NCBI GenBank assembly: GCA_949358305.1
Contig: OX442314.1
Span: forward strand, 9,486,001-9,550,000
Source: Strigamia acuminata
Taxonomy: Eukaryota
Reading direction: 5' to 3'
DNA length: 64,000 bases
Every line of letters begins with the position of its first letter. Within the stretch, counting starts at the first letter, position 1. Shown here in pieces: positions 24,042 through 35,462 of this stretch. The notes under the pieces are model-generated. The model had not been told where the DNA came from. It was given only the letters and a program-made list of their open reading frames with translations, and did no database searches. The position numbers and the translations under genes are program-made.

Positions 24042-25863
24042 TTATCTTCGCCTCTTGCCGTTTTTCTCGAGGATGTTGAGGTATTTTCCGCGGGTCATTT
24101 CTTTGGCTGTTGGGAAGAAATGAATATGAATATGAATTTTTTTCGGTTTTAAAATCAAAGTTTTCTTTTAAATTTCTGTATTTTTTTTTTTTAATACATA
24201 ATATGGTTTCGGATGGAAAGAAAGGAATTATAAACCGAAAAATGCATTTCTTTATGCACAAAAATATATTTTTTAGTAGAAAATAGCCATTTATAAACAG
24301 TTGTGCATTTTTAGAGGATAAAATATATTTGTTAGGACTTAAAATGCTATTTTGGAGAAGAAAAAATGGATGTTTTTTGGAAAAATATCCATTCATATAC
24401 ATAAAAATGGATATTTAATGCAAAAAATGGATATTTAATGCAAAAAATGGATATTTAATGCAAAAAATGGATATTTAATGCAAAAAATGGATATTTAATG
24501 CAAAAAATGGATATTTAATGTAAAAAATGGATATTTAATGCACAAAAATGGATTTTTTTATGGAAAATATCCATTTATATACATAAAAATGCACATTTAA
24601 TGCACAAAAATGCATTTTCGTCGATAATATATATTTTTTTGATATTCAAATGCGATTTTGGAATAAAAAAGGATTTTTTCGTGATTAAATATGCATTTTT
24701 CTGCATACAAATGAATATTTTATTACAAATTTATTACAAATATCCATTTGTATTTTGTATGCAGAAAAATGCATATTTAATATACACAAATTGGGGGGGG
24801 GGGGGAAGGCATTTTTAGACAATAAAATATCTTTTCTGTACTAAAATGTACTTTTAGACAATAAAATATATTTTTCATGCAATTTTTGGCCGAAAATAAT
24901 ATATTTGCTGTAAGCAAGACGTCCATTTTAAATAAAAAATTCAATTTTTAAAAAGTAAAAATTGCAATTTTAAGTGAAATGGACAAATGTTCTCTTTGTA
25001 AAAATGTAAATTTTAAGTGAAAAATGCATTTTTGAGATGAAAATTCAAAAAATTCCCATTTTTCTTGCGTATGAGCCTGTGCAGTGTATTTTTCTACAGT
25101 ATTTGTTTATACCTTCTTCCAACCCCAACTGATAAGCTAAATTCTGCAATCTCTTCACTTCCTCGATCAAATTCGCTGCTGTCAAACTCCCAAACTCTGA
25201 AAAACAACCAAACAGAACAAAATTCAAACCAAAACCAACAAAAATCAACAAAAATCAACAAAAACTCAACCATGAAGCAAATTATAATCTTCCTGGTCCA
25301 AATCTTGCAGCCATTTTGGCTGAGGACTTTCTTCAGCATTAAACTATTTCGAAAAAATAGAAATTGATTAATAAAAATAAAATTACATCAATCGTTGTTC
25401 CATTTTACCACCGAGTTGTTGAGAAAATCAGAGACACCTGGAACTGAAAAAAGAAAACAAAAAATATAAAAATTCACAATTTTTTTTCGATTTTTTTCGA
25501 ATTTTTTCGATTTTTTAACTCAAATTACTTCGTTCGGGCCACAAATCAGGCGACGATCGATCCAACTTTTCGTAACTCAACAAGGATTGCTCTAAATCTG
25601 TTAGAAATACAAAGAATTAAATTAATTTGAATCATCGAGGCTTAATTAATAAAACATAAATGACGTCATTAGGGCGCAACGTAACCAACAGTATGTGTTG
25701 ACTAACAGTAGAGTTTTAAAGGGGAAATCTTTGTGGTACAGTTTTGAAAACAGACATCTTGTTATCGTTTGGTGTGTGTCAAATGGATTCACATGAACTT
25801 GAGTAATTGGTAAAAATTAATTTTATACGTCGTTTGAAATTTACCCGCACTTGGAGACGCCAT
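24042..25863 (-). CDS. LIN52: LIN-52, MuvB/DREAM complex subunit (114 aa)
   Basis: Six exons 25863-25845, 25597-25529, 25443-25409, 25343-25271, 25196-25113, 24106-24042 splice in frame: DLEQSLLSYEKLDRSSPDLWPERIPGVSDF..PKWLQDLDQED..LTAANLIEEVKRLQNLAYQLGLEEAKEMTRGKYLNILEK. Confidence 0.95.
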
Positions 25864-26064
25864 TTTAGTGATGACGTCATATCCTATCCTAACGGTTATC
25901 AATGGTTTTTCTTTAAAAAAAAAATAAGAACGTAAACACGCAAATATTTAAATATTAATTTACTAAAATTGTTAAAATAAATTATAAATATATTAAAAAT
26001 TGAAAAAAGAAAGTAAAATTAAAAAAATCACCTTGAACTTTGAACCGTGAAGATTGAACCTAAA
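25864..26064. promoter_or_regulatory. Putative bidirectional promoter of LIN52 and ALDH6A1
   Basis: 201 bp between divergent ATGs; CRE palindrome TGACGTCA at 25872-25879 (a second at 25661-25668); both starts lie in an AAAATGGCG (YY1-like) context. Confidence 0.7.
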
Positions 26065-29000
26065 ATGGCGGCGTCATTGAGTGCCAGCTGGAAAGTGGTA
26101 AATAAAATGTCAATTTCGGTCGTTTTATTCATTTATAATCAATGTTATTAATTTTAAATGTTAGATTCCATTTGCACACATCACTAGACGATGCTACAGC
26201 GCCGGATTGGTAAAAAAATTGAATTTTTTTTTATTTTTCTTAATTTTATCTCACATTTTTCTCGTATTTTGCAGCCCGCAACAAAATTATTCATCAATGG
26301 AAAATTCCTCGACTCAACTGCAAAAGATTGGATCGATGTGTTGAATCCTGTATAAATATATCACAATTTTGGAGGAAAAAAATAAAACATTTCAAATTTT
26401 ATGTTGATAATTAGGCGACAAATGAAGTTGTCACTCGGGTGCCGAAAGCGACTCAAAGTGAGATGGAGGCGGCCGTGTCTGCGGCTAAATTTGCATTCCA
26501 GAGCTGGTCTCGAACATCGATTCTTAGTCGCCAACAAATCATGTTTAAATATCAACAGTTAATCAAAGATAACATGGTAACGAACAACGATGGAAGTAAG
26601 GCATTAAAAGGTTCTCATGGTCTTTCTATTTGTAAAAACAGAAAAAATTAGCTCAAAACATCACCACAGAACAAGGGAAAACATTAATTGATGCCGAAGG
26701 AGATGTGCTCAGAGGTTTACGTGAGTAAAAATGGCGTTTTGGAAGAAAAATGCAATTATATTACCAAAATGGCAGGGTTCTTATGAAAAAATGCAGTTTT
26801 CACGCTCAAGAAAGCTGTTTTTAAGCAAGAAAATGCAATTTTAGGCTTCGAAATGCAGTTATAAGCTTTCAAATGCAGATTTTAGGCTAGAAAATGCACT
26901 TTTTATACACGACAATGCACTTTTTAGGCTAGAAAATGCACTTTTTGGGCCAGAAAATGCACTTTTTAGGCCAGAAAATGCATTTTTTAGGCAATTAAAT
27001 GCACTTTTAAGCTAGAAAATGCACTTTTAAGGCCAGAAAATGCAATTTTTAGACCAGAAAATGCATTTTTTAGGCCAGAGAATGCATTTTGTAGACCAGA
27101 AAATGCACTTTTTAGGCCAAAAATGCACTTTTTGCTACAAAATTGCAATTTTAGGCTTCGAAATGCAGTTTTTAGGCTAGAAAATGCAGTTTTTAGGCTA
27201 GAAAATGCTGTTTTTAGGCTAGAAAATGCAGTTTTTAGGCCAAAAATTCAGTTATCTTGCTAAAACATGCAGCATTTAGCTCAAAAATGCTGTTTTAAGA
27301 ACCATAAATGCTATTTTTATGCTTAATAACACAGTTTTAGGCTCATAAATGCAATTTAATTGACCAAATTGCACTTATTTTATGCCAAAAATGCAGTTTT
27401 CAACCTAAAAAATGTCGATTTTTAAGCTGAAAAATTGGAATTCCTAAGAAGAAAAATTGCACCCCCATTTTCCGCTAATTAATCGTCACAACATAATGAC
27501 TATTTGTTTAAATATTAGAGGTGGTGGAACACTGTTGCAGCATAACCTCGCTCCAACTCGGCGAGTCACTTCCAAGCATAGCCAAAGACATGGACACGGT
27601 CAGTTACAGGGTTCCGTTAGGCGTCGTGGCCGGCATCACACCCTTCAATTTCCCAGCCATGATCCCACTCTGGGTATCTAAAAATCAAACATTCGCATCG
27701 AGGCTCGTGAGTGATGCATTAAATTCGTTTCAGATGTTTCCTATGGCCGTTGTGTGCGGCAACACGTGCGTAATGAAACCGTCGGAGCGCGATCCGGGCG
27801 CTTGCATGATGCTCGTGGAGCTGTTGCAACAAGCGGGGTGTCCGGACGGCGTGGTCAATGTCATTCATGGACAGGAAGAAGGTTAATTTGGGGTTTTTGA
27901 GTTGGTTTTAATTTGTTTTAATTTTTTGTTTTTTGTTTTCGACAGCTGTTAATTTCATTTGCGATCATCCTGAAATCAAAGCCATATCGTTTGTTGGGTC
28001 GGATAAAGTTGTAAGTGGTGGATTTGTTCGTGGTGTGGTGGGTGGTGGTGGGTGGGGAGAGACGAATGTGGTTTTATTTGGGGGTTTGGGTGTGGAGTTG
28101 TTGTTGTGGAATAAGAATTGGAGTTTTTTTTGTAGATAATGGTTGTTTTCTTTTAAAAATTGTGAGTTTTTTTCGTGGTAGTTGTTAGTTTTAGTTGGAA
28201 ATAGTCATTTCTTCTTGAAAATAATCATATTTTGATTGAAAATTTTCATTTATCCTTGAAAAAAAATCATATTTTACTTGAAAATTGTCACTTCTACTTG
28301 AAAAAACTTCTATTTTACTTGGAAATTATCAATCTGTTTTTTTTTTTTTTTTTTTTTTTACAAAATTATCGTTTTTTACGAGAAAATAATTATTTTTTCT
28401 AAAATTCTTCATTTTTTACGTGAAAAACTGAATCTTTTACGTGAAAAACTGAATCTTTTACGTGAAAAACTCAATTTTTTACGTGAAAAACTCAATTTTC
28501 TACGTTGAAAACTCAATTTTCTACGTGAAAAACTCAATTTTCTACGTGAAAAACTCAATTTTCTACCTGAGAAATCTTTTTACGTGAAAAACTGAATTTT
28601 TTATGTGAAAAACTGAATTTTCTACGTGAAAAAATTTTTTACGTAAAAAACTGAATCTTTTACGCGAAAAACTGAATCTTCTACGCGAAAACCTGATTCT
28701 TCTACGTGAAAAACTCAATTTTTTACTTGAAAAACTCAATTTTTTACGTGAAAAACTCAATTTTCTATCTGAGAAACTTAATTTTTTACACGACAATTAT
28801 AATTTTCTCTTATTTCTTTCTCAAAAAAACAAACCGTAATAATTCTTCAATTGCAGGGCAAACACATCTACGACAGAGGTTCGAGAAATGGCAAGAGAGT
28901 TCAATCAAACATGGGCGCAAAAAACCACGGCGTCATCATGCCAGACGCCAACAAGGAGCACACACTGAACCAAGTGAACCTCCCCCTCAAAAAATAAAAA

Positions 29001-30821
29001 AAAAAATTTATTTATTTAAATTCTAAAAAATATTTTTAAAAATTCCAGTTGGTCGGCGCCGCATTCGGAGCCGCCGGTCAGCGTTGCATGGCGCTCTCAA
29101 CGGCAGTGTTCGTCGGCGACGCGCAAAAATGGATCCCCGACTTAATCGAGCGCGCGAAGAAATTGAAAGTTAACGCGGGTCACGTGGCCGGAGCCGATCT
29201 GGGGCCCGTCATCTCGCCCGAGGCGAAGCGGCGAATTGAAAGCCTGATTGAAAGCGGCGTCAAAGAAGGCGCCAAGTGCGACCTGGACGGACGTGACGTC
29301 AAAGTGACCGGCTTCGAAAAGGGCAACTTCGTTGGTCCGACTGTCCTGAGCAACGTCAACGTAAATATCTACTAGATTTGACGTTACTTTCTCATTTTTC
29401 ACGTTATTTTAGCGCATTTTCACGTTATTTTGTTCATTTTCACATTATTTTCGCGTAATTTTTTCATTTCTTCACTTTATTTTCGCGTTTTTTACGTAAT
29501 TTTATCATTTTTCACGTTATTTTCACGTAATTTTTTTATTTTTTTACTTTATTTTCGCGTTTTTTACGTAATTTTATAATTTTTCACGTTATTTTATAAT
29601 TTTTCACGTTATTTTAGCGCATTTTTACGTTATTTTATTATTTTTTCAGTTATTTGATCATGTTTTCACGTTATTTGATCATGTTTTCACGTTATTTGAT
29701 CATGTTTTCACGTTATTTGATCATATTTTTACGTTATTTGATCATGTTTTCACGTTATTTTTGCATTTTTCTCGTTATTTCACAGTATTTTCGCATTTTA
29801 CACGTTATTTCACAGTATTTTCGCATTTTTCACGTTATTTCACAGTATTTTCGCATTTTTCACGCTGTTTCGATCTTTTCTAGCCTAAAATGGAGTGCTA
29901 CAAGGAAGAAATCTTTGGGCCCGTTTTGCTCGTGTTGAATGCGGACACGCTGGACGACGCCATCAAGTTGGTCAATGACAATCCTTACGGAAACGGGACG
30001 GCGGTTTTCACCACGAACGGAGCGACCGCGCGCAAGTTTTCTCAAGAGATCCAAGCAGGAAATGTGGGCGTTAACGTCCCCATTCCCGTTCCCTTGCCCA
30101 TGTTTTCGTTTACGGGCTCAAAGGCCTCTTTTTTGGGCGATTCGAATTTTTACGGAAAAGCGGTAAGATGCAAATACGGTTTTACGAATGTGGTTGTAAA
30201 GAAGTTGCTAAACAATACTCATTTTATATTGGCCCTAAAATCTGCATCTGTCAAGACTCTTAAGTCCAAAATAGACCATTTTAGACATTTTTATCATAGA
30301 AGTAACCATTTTGAGACATTTTAAGCACAAAATTAATCATCTTGAGACATTTTAAGCATAAAATTAACAATTTTGAGACATTTTAAGCATAAAATTAACC
30401 ATTTTGAGACACTTTAAGCATAAAATTATCCATTTTGAGACATTTTATGCATAGAATTAACCATTTTAAGACATTTTTGGCCTAAAACTGTCCATTTTAA
30501 GACATTTTTGGCCTAAAACTGTCCATTTTAAGACATTTGTGGCCTAAAACTGTCCATTTTAAGACATTTGTGGCCTAAAACTGTCCATTTTAGATTAAAA
30601 AGTCATTTTTGGGTCTAAAGTACTCTAAAGTGGTCAATTTTCGAGTCTGAAACTGCAGTTTTGTTTAGTGTGTATCAACTGCGCATTTACCAACTAAATT
30701 AATATCGTAATTCATTTAGGGAATAAATTTCTACACCCAAGTCAAAACCGTGACTCAGTTGTGGCGCGATGCGGACACGACGGACACGAAAGCAGCCACG
30801 GCGATGCCAGTCATGCGTTGA
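26065..30821 (+). CDS. ALDH6A1: Methylmalonate-semialdehyde dehydrogenase [acylating], mitochondrial (523 aa)
   Basis: Twelve exons 26065-26097, 26165-26209, 26275-26349, 26415-26576, 26642-26720, 27519-27673, 27734-27881, 27946-28010, 28857-28973, 29049-29360, 29884-30162, 30720-30821 join in frame. Motifs [29 protein letters not shown] (catalytic Cys), [16 protein letters not shown]. Confidence 0.97.
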
Positions 30822-33140
30822 AACCAAACATCAACATCAACATTAGTGCGAAAATAGAATAATCATTCGTGTAAAAAAAAAATTTATGTTAAGAGGGAAT
30901 AAATTACAGAAGGTAAAAATATTTTACGAGGAAGATATGTTGTATGTACACATCCAAAATCGATTTTTCCCTGCAAATAACGCAAAAATACGTAAACAAA
31001 ACGCAATTAACAGCGCACAAACATTTACAGCGATGGTTTTCCGATGGTTATCTCGATTTTCGCGTCCGGAAAAAGACCCGATGGCCCCAACAAGTCTCCG
31101 TAGTCGTCGGATTGTTTGCTTTTCTGCGCATGGGCAGACGATGTCACGTGCCGACTCCTCCTCATTCGATTTTCAGCGAGGTTTTCAGCGGTTCTTTTCA
31201 CTCGTTTTCTTTCCGTGCAAAATTGTTTGGTTTTTTCGGTTGGTTTAGAATACACATTCAGTCTGGGTGTTGGAATCACATTTGTCAATAGGTGTGTTTC
31301 TTATTTAATTAATTTTCTTTTTTAATTTAGAAAAAAAAATGTGGTTTGTTCGATTTGGTTACATTTTAGGCCTAATCTTGATTCGAATTGGAATGAAACT
31401 CTTTTATAGGAGCAGAACCTAATATATATTTTCCGTAAAGAATTTAATATCATTTGTTAAATTTTTAAAAATCTTAATTTATCCAAATGTGGCGTTCCAG
31501 TCTGGGTTTGAGTTTGAGGTATCCCATGCCACATTATAAAATTGCAAACAAAAATAACTGCTCTGATTGCTCTATGCAAATGGCTGAAAATCAGCAAAAT
31601 CCATTTAAGATTGAACCCGCCTAATGAAACAACAAGGGCTGTTGAACATTTTGATTGTCTGTTGCTCTACCTCTGGTCATCTCTAGATAATGCTAAAAGA
31701 GCTCTGCTTGGCATAATGTTGGTATTGCAAGACTGCACACTGCAGCATTTACCAATTTGTCATAAATATTTATTTCTTTATCATCAATTTGTCCATTGAT
31801 TTGAAACAGTCCATCCAACTATTTACAGTTGCTTCTGCTTGATGCTCTCATCCTTCACTCGTTTTAAGCAATGAGGAGATTGATGAACTTAATTTTCCAA
31901 ATCTGAAACCTAACCGTCTTATTTCTTTTCTTGCCATTTTCAAGGTTCTTGCTCTATTAATTGTAATCAATCGTTTCAAATGCTCTTGGTTGGACTTCTC
32001 TGGGACTGTGGAAAATTTTTTCGTCACCATTTTCTGGATGACCCATGGAACAGCACTTTGGCCAGCCAGGAGAGGTTCTTTGTCTTTTCATCTTTGTTGG
32101 GGACGTCCCAAGGTGTTTTTGAACTTGCACGTATCGTTCATGCTATTTCAACCGACCGATCGGATCGGTTTCAGTCGTTCTATGTTAATTCTTTTTTTTT
32201 TATTCTTTTGTAAGAAAAATGCCACGTTTGCTGATTTATGAAACAAAGCATCAAAAAACGCTATTGGAGACGCATTGGTTATTTTGACCAGTCTAGCTGT
32301 TCTGGTGTTAAACTAACTAAAATATTTGTAAATCTTTGAGAAGCTTTCACTTTTTTAAAAATGACTCTCTCCAGAGTTGCAAAAATTCTCATAAGATTAA
32401 CAAATGCAAGAAAATCTTTTTGCTGTTGGAAAACAACAACATGGTGGAAAGTATCTCTATCTCGGAAATTTGCTTCATATGGTTTAGAACAAACAATCAA
32501 ACGCTTTGAATCGTTTCGTTTCTTGTGTGTTCAGTTTAGTTAATATCCAACTTTTTATTGTCTTATTGAAATCCTTTTATCTCTTTCTCTTGACTATTTC
32601 CACAATTTCTCCTGACACTGCTTGTGTTGGGTTGCCATAGAATAACTGGCATCTTTGGCAACAGCAATGAAGTTAAATTATTTCTTAATTTCAACTTCTT
32701 CATACTGTTTGTGATAATTTCAGCCAATGGCAGTGTTTTATGAAGTTAAAAAACTCCATGACTCCGTTTAGGCACCTGCGTTTGTGCCAATTGTAAAATC
32801 TTTTAACGGTAAAAGCAATTCTCCGATATATGGACAGAAAAAAAAAGAATCTTTAAACAATTTTTATTCCTTTAAAACTTCTTGGGCTAACCTTCCGATT
32901 GTCTTTCTGTTTGTATTTATATTTCTTGTTCAATATTAATAACTTGTTCTACTATTGCCTATCTGATACAAAAGCCAAATGCTGGTAAAAAACTCCATGA
33001 CTCCGTTTAGGGAACTGCGTTTATGTCAATTGTAAAATCTTTTAATGGTACAAGCAATTAATCCCTGTTGTGGATGGATCTGAAATGAATTTATTTAACA
33101 TTAATATCCTCTACAACAGGATTTTAGAAGATTTTATGCA

Positions 33141-33326
33141 TTAACATTTATTGTAAGATCCAGAAGTGGTGGTGGCGATGGCTATGACGATTGTATTGAT
33201 GATATATCGAACTTCTTCCCAATTCATGCCAAGAAATATACTCTTGGACGCGTTTTCGTCGCGTCGTTGTTGTTGGTCCTAGTTTTTTGGGGATAACTCA
33301 TCCTTGCCTAAACGGGGTGGTGCCAT
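33141..33326 (-). pseudogene. Small membrane ORF family copy with internal stop and the TM segment deleted
   Basis: MAPPRLGKDELSPKN*DQQQRRDENASKSIFLGMNWEEVRYIIN, homologous to 44091-44306; TAG at 33279-33281. Confidence 0.75.
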
Positions 33327-33467
33327 TCATTCTGAAGAAAATTTTGAACGTTTAAAACAATACTCTATGATTTAAAACATGGCGTAAAGAAAGTGAAAAA
33401 GAAAATAACGCGGGCACGACCAATCACGGCTCTGCACACAATTGGTCAATCAAATCGCTCTATGTAT

Positions 33468-33728
33468 TGTAGTGATCCTGAATCTTAATTAACTCTAATC
33501 TCAAGATTACTTTCAAAATCACTGATGCTGCACCGGGACGTTTACTTAAATAAATTCTCTAATTAAAATGCTTGAAGAAATATTCAAGAAAGACAAATAT
33601 TTCTCAAAACAAACACGGTTAAATTTATTCTATTTCTTCGAATAAACTCTCTCAAACTTTACAATAAGATATGAAAATATGACATGCTAAAATAGTAAAA
33701 TTAAATATTAAATGACTAGATAATAAAA
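33468..33728 (-). mobile_element. LTR 3' fragment (...TCACTACA family)
   Basis: Reverse complement resembles the LTR end at 42040-42070 and shares tattc..gaataaa and gtc..ggtgc.gcat motifs with the other LTRs. Confidence 0.55.
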
Positions 33729-33900
33729 TTAACTGATAAGTGCGATTAGCACAAGTGAACACAAAATATACACGAATATTCTCTTTCTGCAATTTATAAT
33801 ATAACGAACCTGTTCCCAATTCATTCTCAGAAAAATATTCCTGGACGCCTTTTTGTCGCGACGTTGTTGCTGTTTATAGCGTTTTGGGGATGATTCATCC
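33729..33900 (-). pseudogene. Small membrane ORF family copy (no ATG exon identified)
   Basis: After a tttttcag acceptor: DESSPKRYKQQQRRDKKASRNIFLRMNWEQVRYIINCRKRIFVYILCSLVLIALIS. Confidence 0.65.
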
Positions 33901-34556
33901 TGAAAAATAGTCACGTATGTTTGAATTATACAACAGAAAGGAGTGAAGAAGAGCTTTAATGTCTTATAAAAATCTGAAGTAAAGAAATAGGTTGCTAGCT
34001 GTGTAAAATAATTTAAAAATCTAGAAATTAATTACTTAAACCTAACCAAACCAAAACTTACACTTAATTGTTGTTGGTATTGTTGCTTTCATGAATGTGA
34101 AAATGTTATTTCCAGGCGCCAAAGAAGGGAAGGAATTATTGCTTAACAAATAAACTTCCGATTTGGCTGGGGAAATATGGGGAAATACAGTCCTCTGGAT
34201 AAAGTTGATTGAAATTAGTTTTGAGACACACAAAAATAACACGACTTGACTGGTCAGTTGAAAATGTGAGACTGGTTTACTTTATTTCAAGATGTGAGGC
34301 ACCAATAGGGTGGGTGTCATAACAGTTGTTTACATAAGGAAAAAGGGAAATGAAACAGAATACCATTTCCACCTCACTATGGAGGGGTCACTCTAAAGGA
34401 AAAGACCACACAAACTCAAATGTAAACAAAGTGGCCTAAATGTTGAAATATACGGTAATTAGACAAAAACACTAAAATTATATGATGAAAGGCACAGAAA
34501 ATTATTTAATAAAAACCCTAAGTGATATGAATCAAAACCAAATAGAATAAAATTGA

Positions 34557-34817
34557 TTATATAAATTGATAACAAACAGAATAAAATTGATAATATAAAT
34601 TGAATACATATAAAATAAAACTGATCAATTCAGTTTTGACAATAAATAAGAGTCCAATTAAGAAGAGAATTTTTTCTATCCAATCTAAAATGTATTTTAT
34701 CTGGACCCAAGTCATGCCACAAAAGGCAATCCGTGATCTGTCTTGATTGCGATTTTCTTTTTGCTTTTTAGATTTTGGCGTAATTAGTTCGTTTGAGGAA
34801 GATCGAGATAATGCCAT
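34557..34817 (-). CDS. Putative small membrane protein, unknown family (86 aa)
   Basis: Open ATG-to-stop frame: basic N-terminus, RIAFCGMTWVQIKYILDWIEKILFLIG core, hydrophobic C-terminus; several homologs in the window. Expression unknown. Confidence 0.5.
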   Translation of the reverse strand: MALSRSSSNELITPKSKKQKENRNQDRSRIAFCGMTWVQIKYILDWIEKILFLIGLLFIVKTELISFILYVFNLYYQFYSVCYQFI

Positions 34818-35462
34818 ACACGTTTCTTGAAAATTTTAATGGCCTCTATTTTCTATTTTTTATATAGTGTCGAATAGCGTCCCAAAAAATCGATACAAAA
34901 AATAAAATAATTCAATAAAATAAAAATAAAAACGTTAAACATATATCAAAAAACATCAAAGTACGGTATATCAAATGAAAAATATAAATGAAAAATCACC
35001 AAATTATCTAACTAACCGTGTGACGGTTACACTGTCATACATTTGTTAAATTAAGGACGTTTATTTTGTCAATAGATGGCGCTAGTGTGTTTTAACGGCA
35101 ATTTCGAATTTCGATTGTTTTAAAGGGATTTAATATATAAATTATTATTTATATATTAATCCACTTTAATTTATACAGTTATTAAACATGTTAGATATGT
35201 TTTAATGTTGTTTTGATTAGTTTACTGCATAATTCTATTGAATTATGTATAAACTTCACACCTGGTGTAGTCACCCCTCACCACCCACTGGAGTTGGACT
35301 CCTTTAGGACTATAGTCAAAGGGACTTAATCCAAAGTGTGTCCTGCGTATCTAGTTCCTGTAGTGGACCTAGTAGAAGACTACGTCTTAGGTGTCCACTT
35401 CCTATAATCTAGGATTGGATGGATTTAGGTGCCTGGACAACCCATTCTTCTCACCGAGTATA

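Noticed and set aside
34680..34745. Resemblance of FxGMTWxQ to the bacterial PrgI-type FxGLTxRQ motif
   Set aside because: Too short to support homology, and there is no bacterial or conjugative context.
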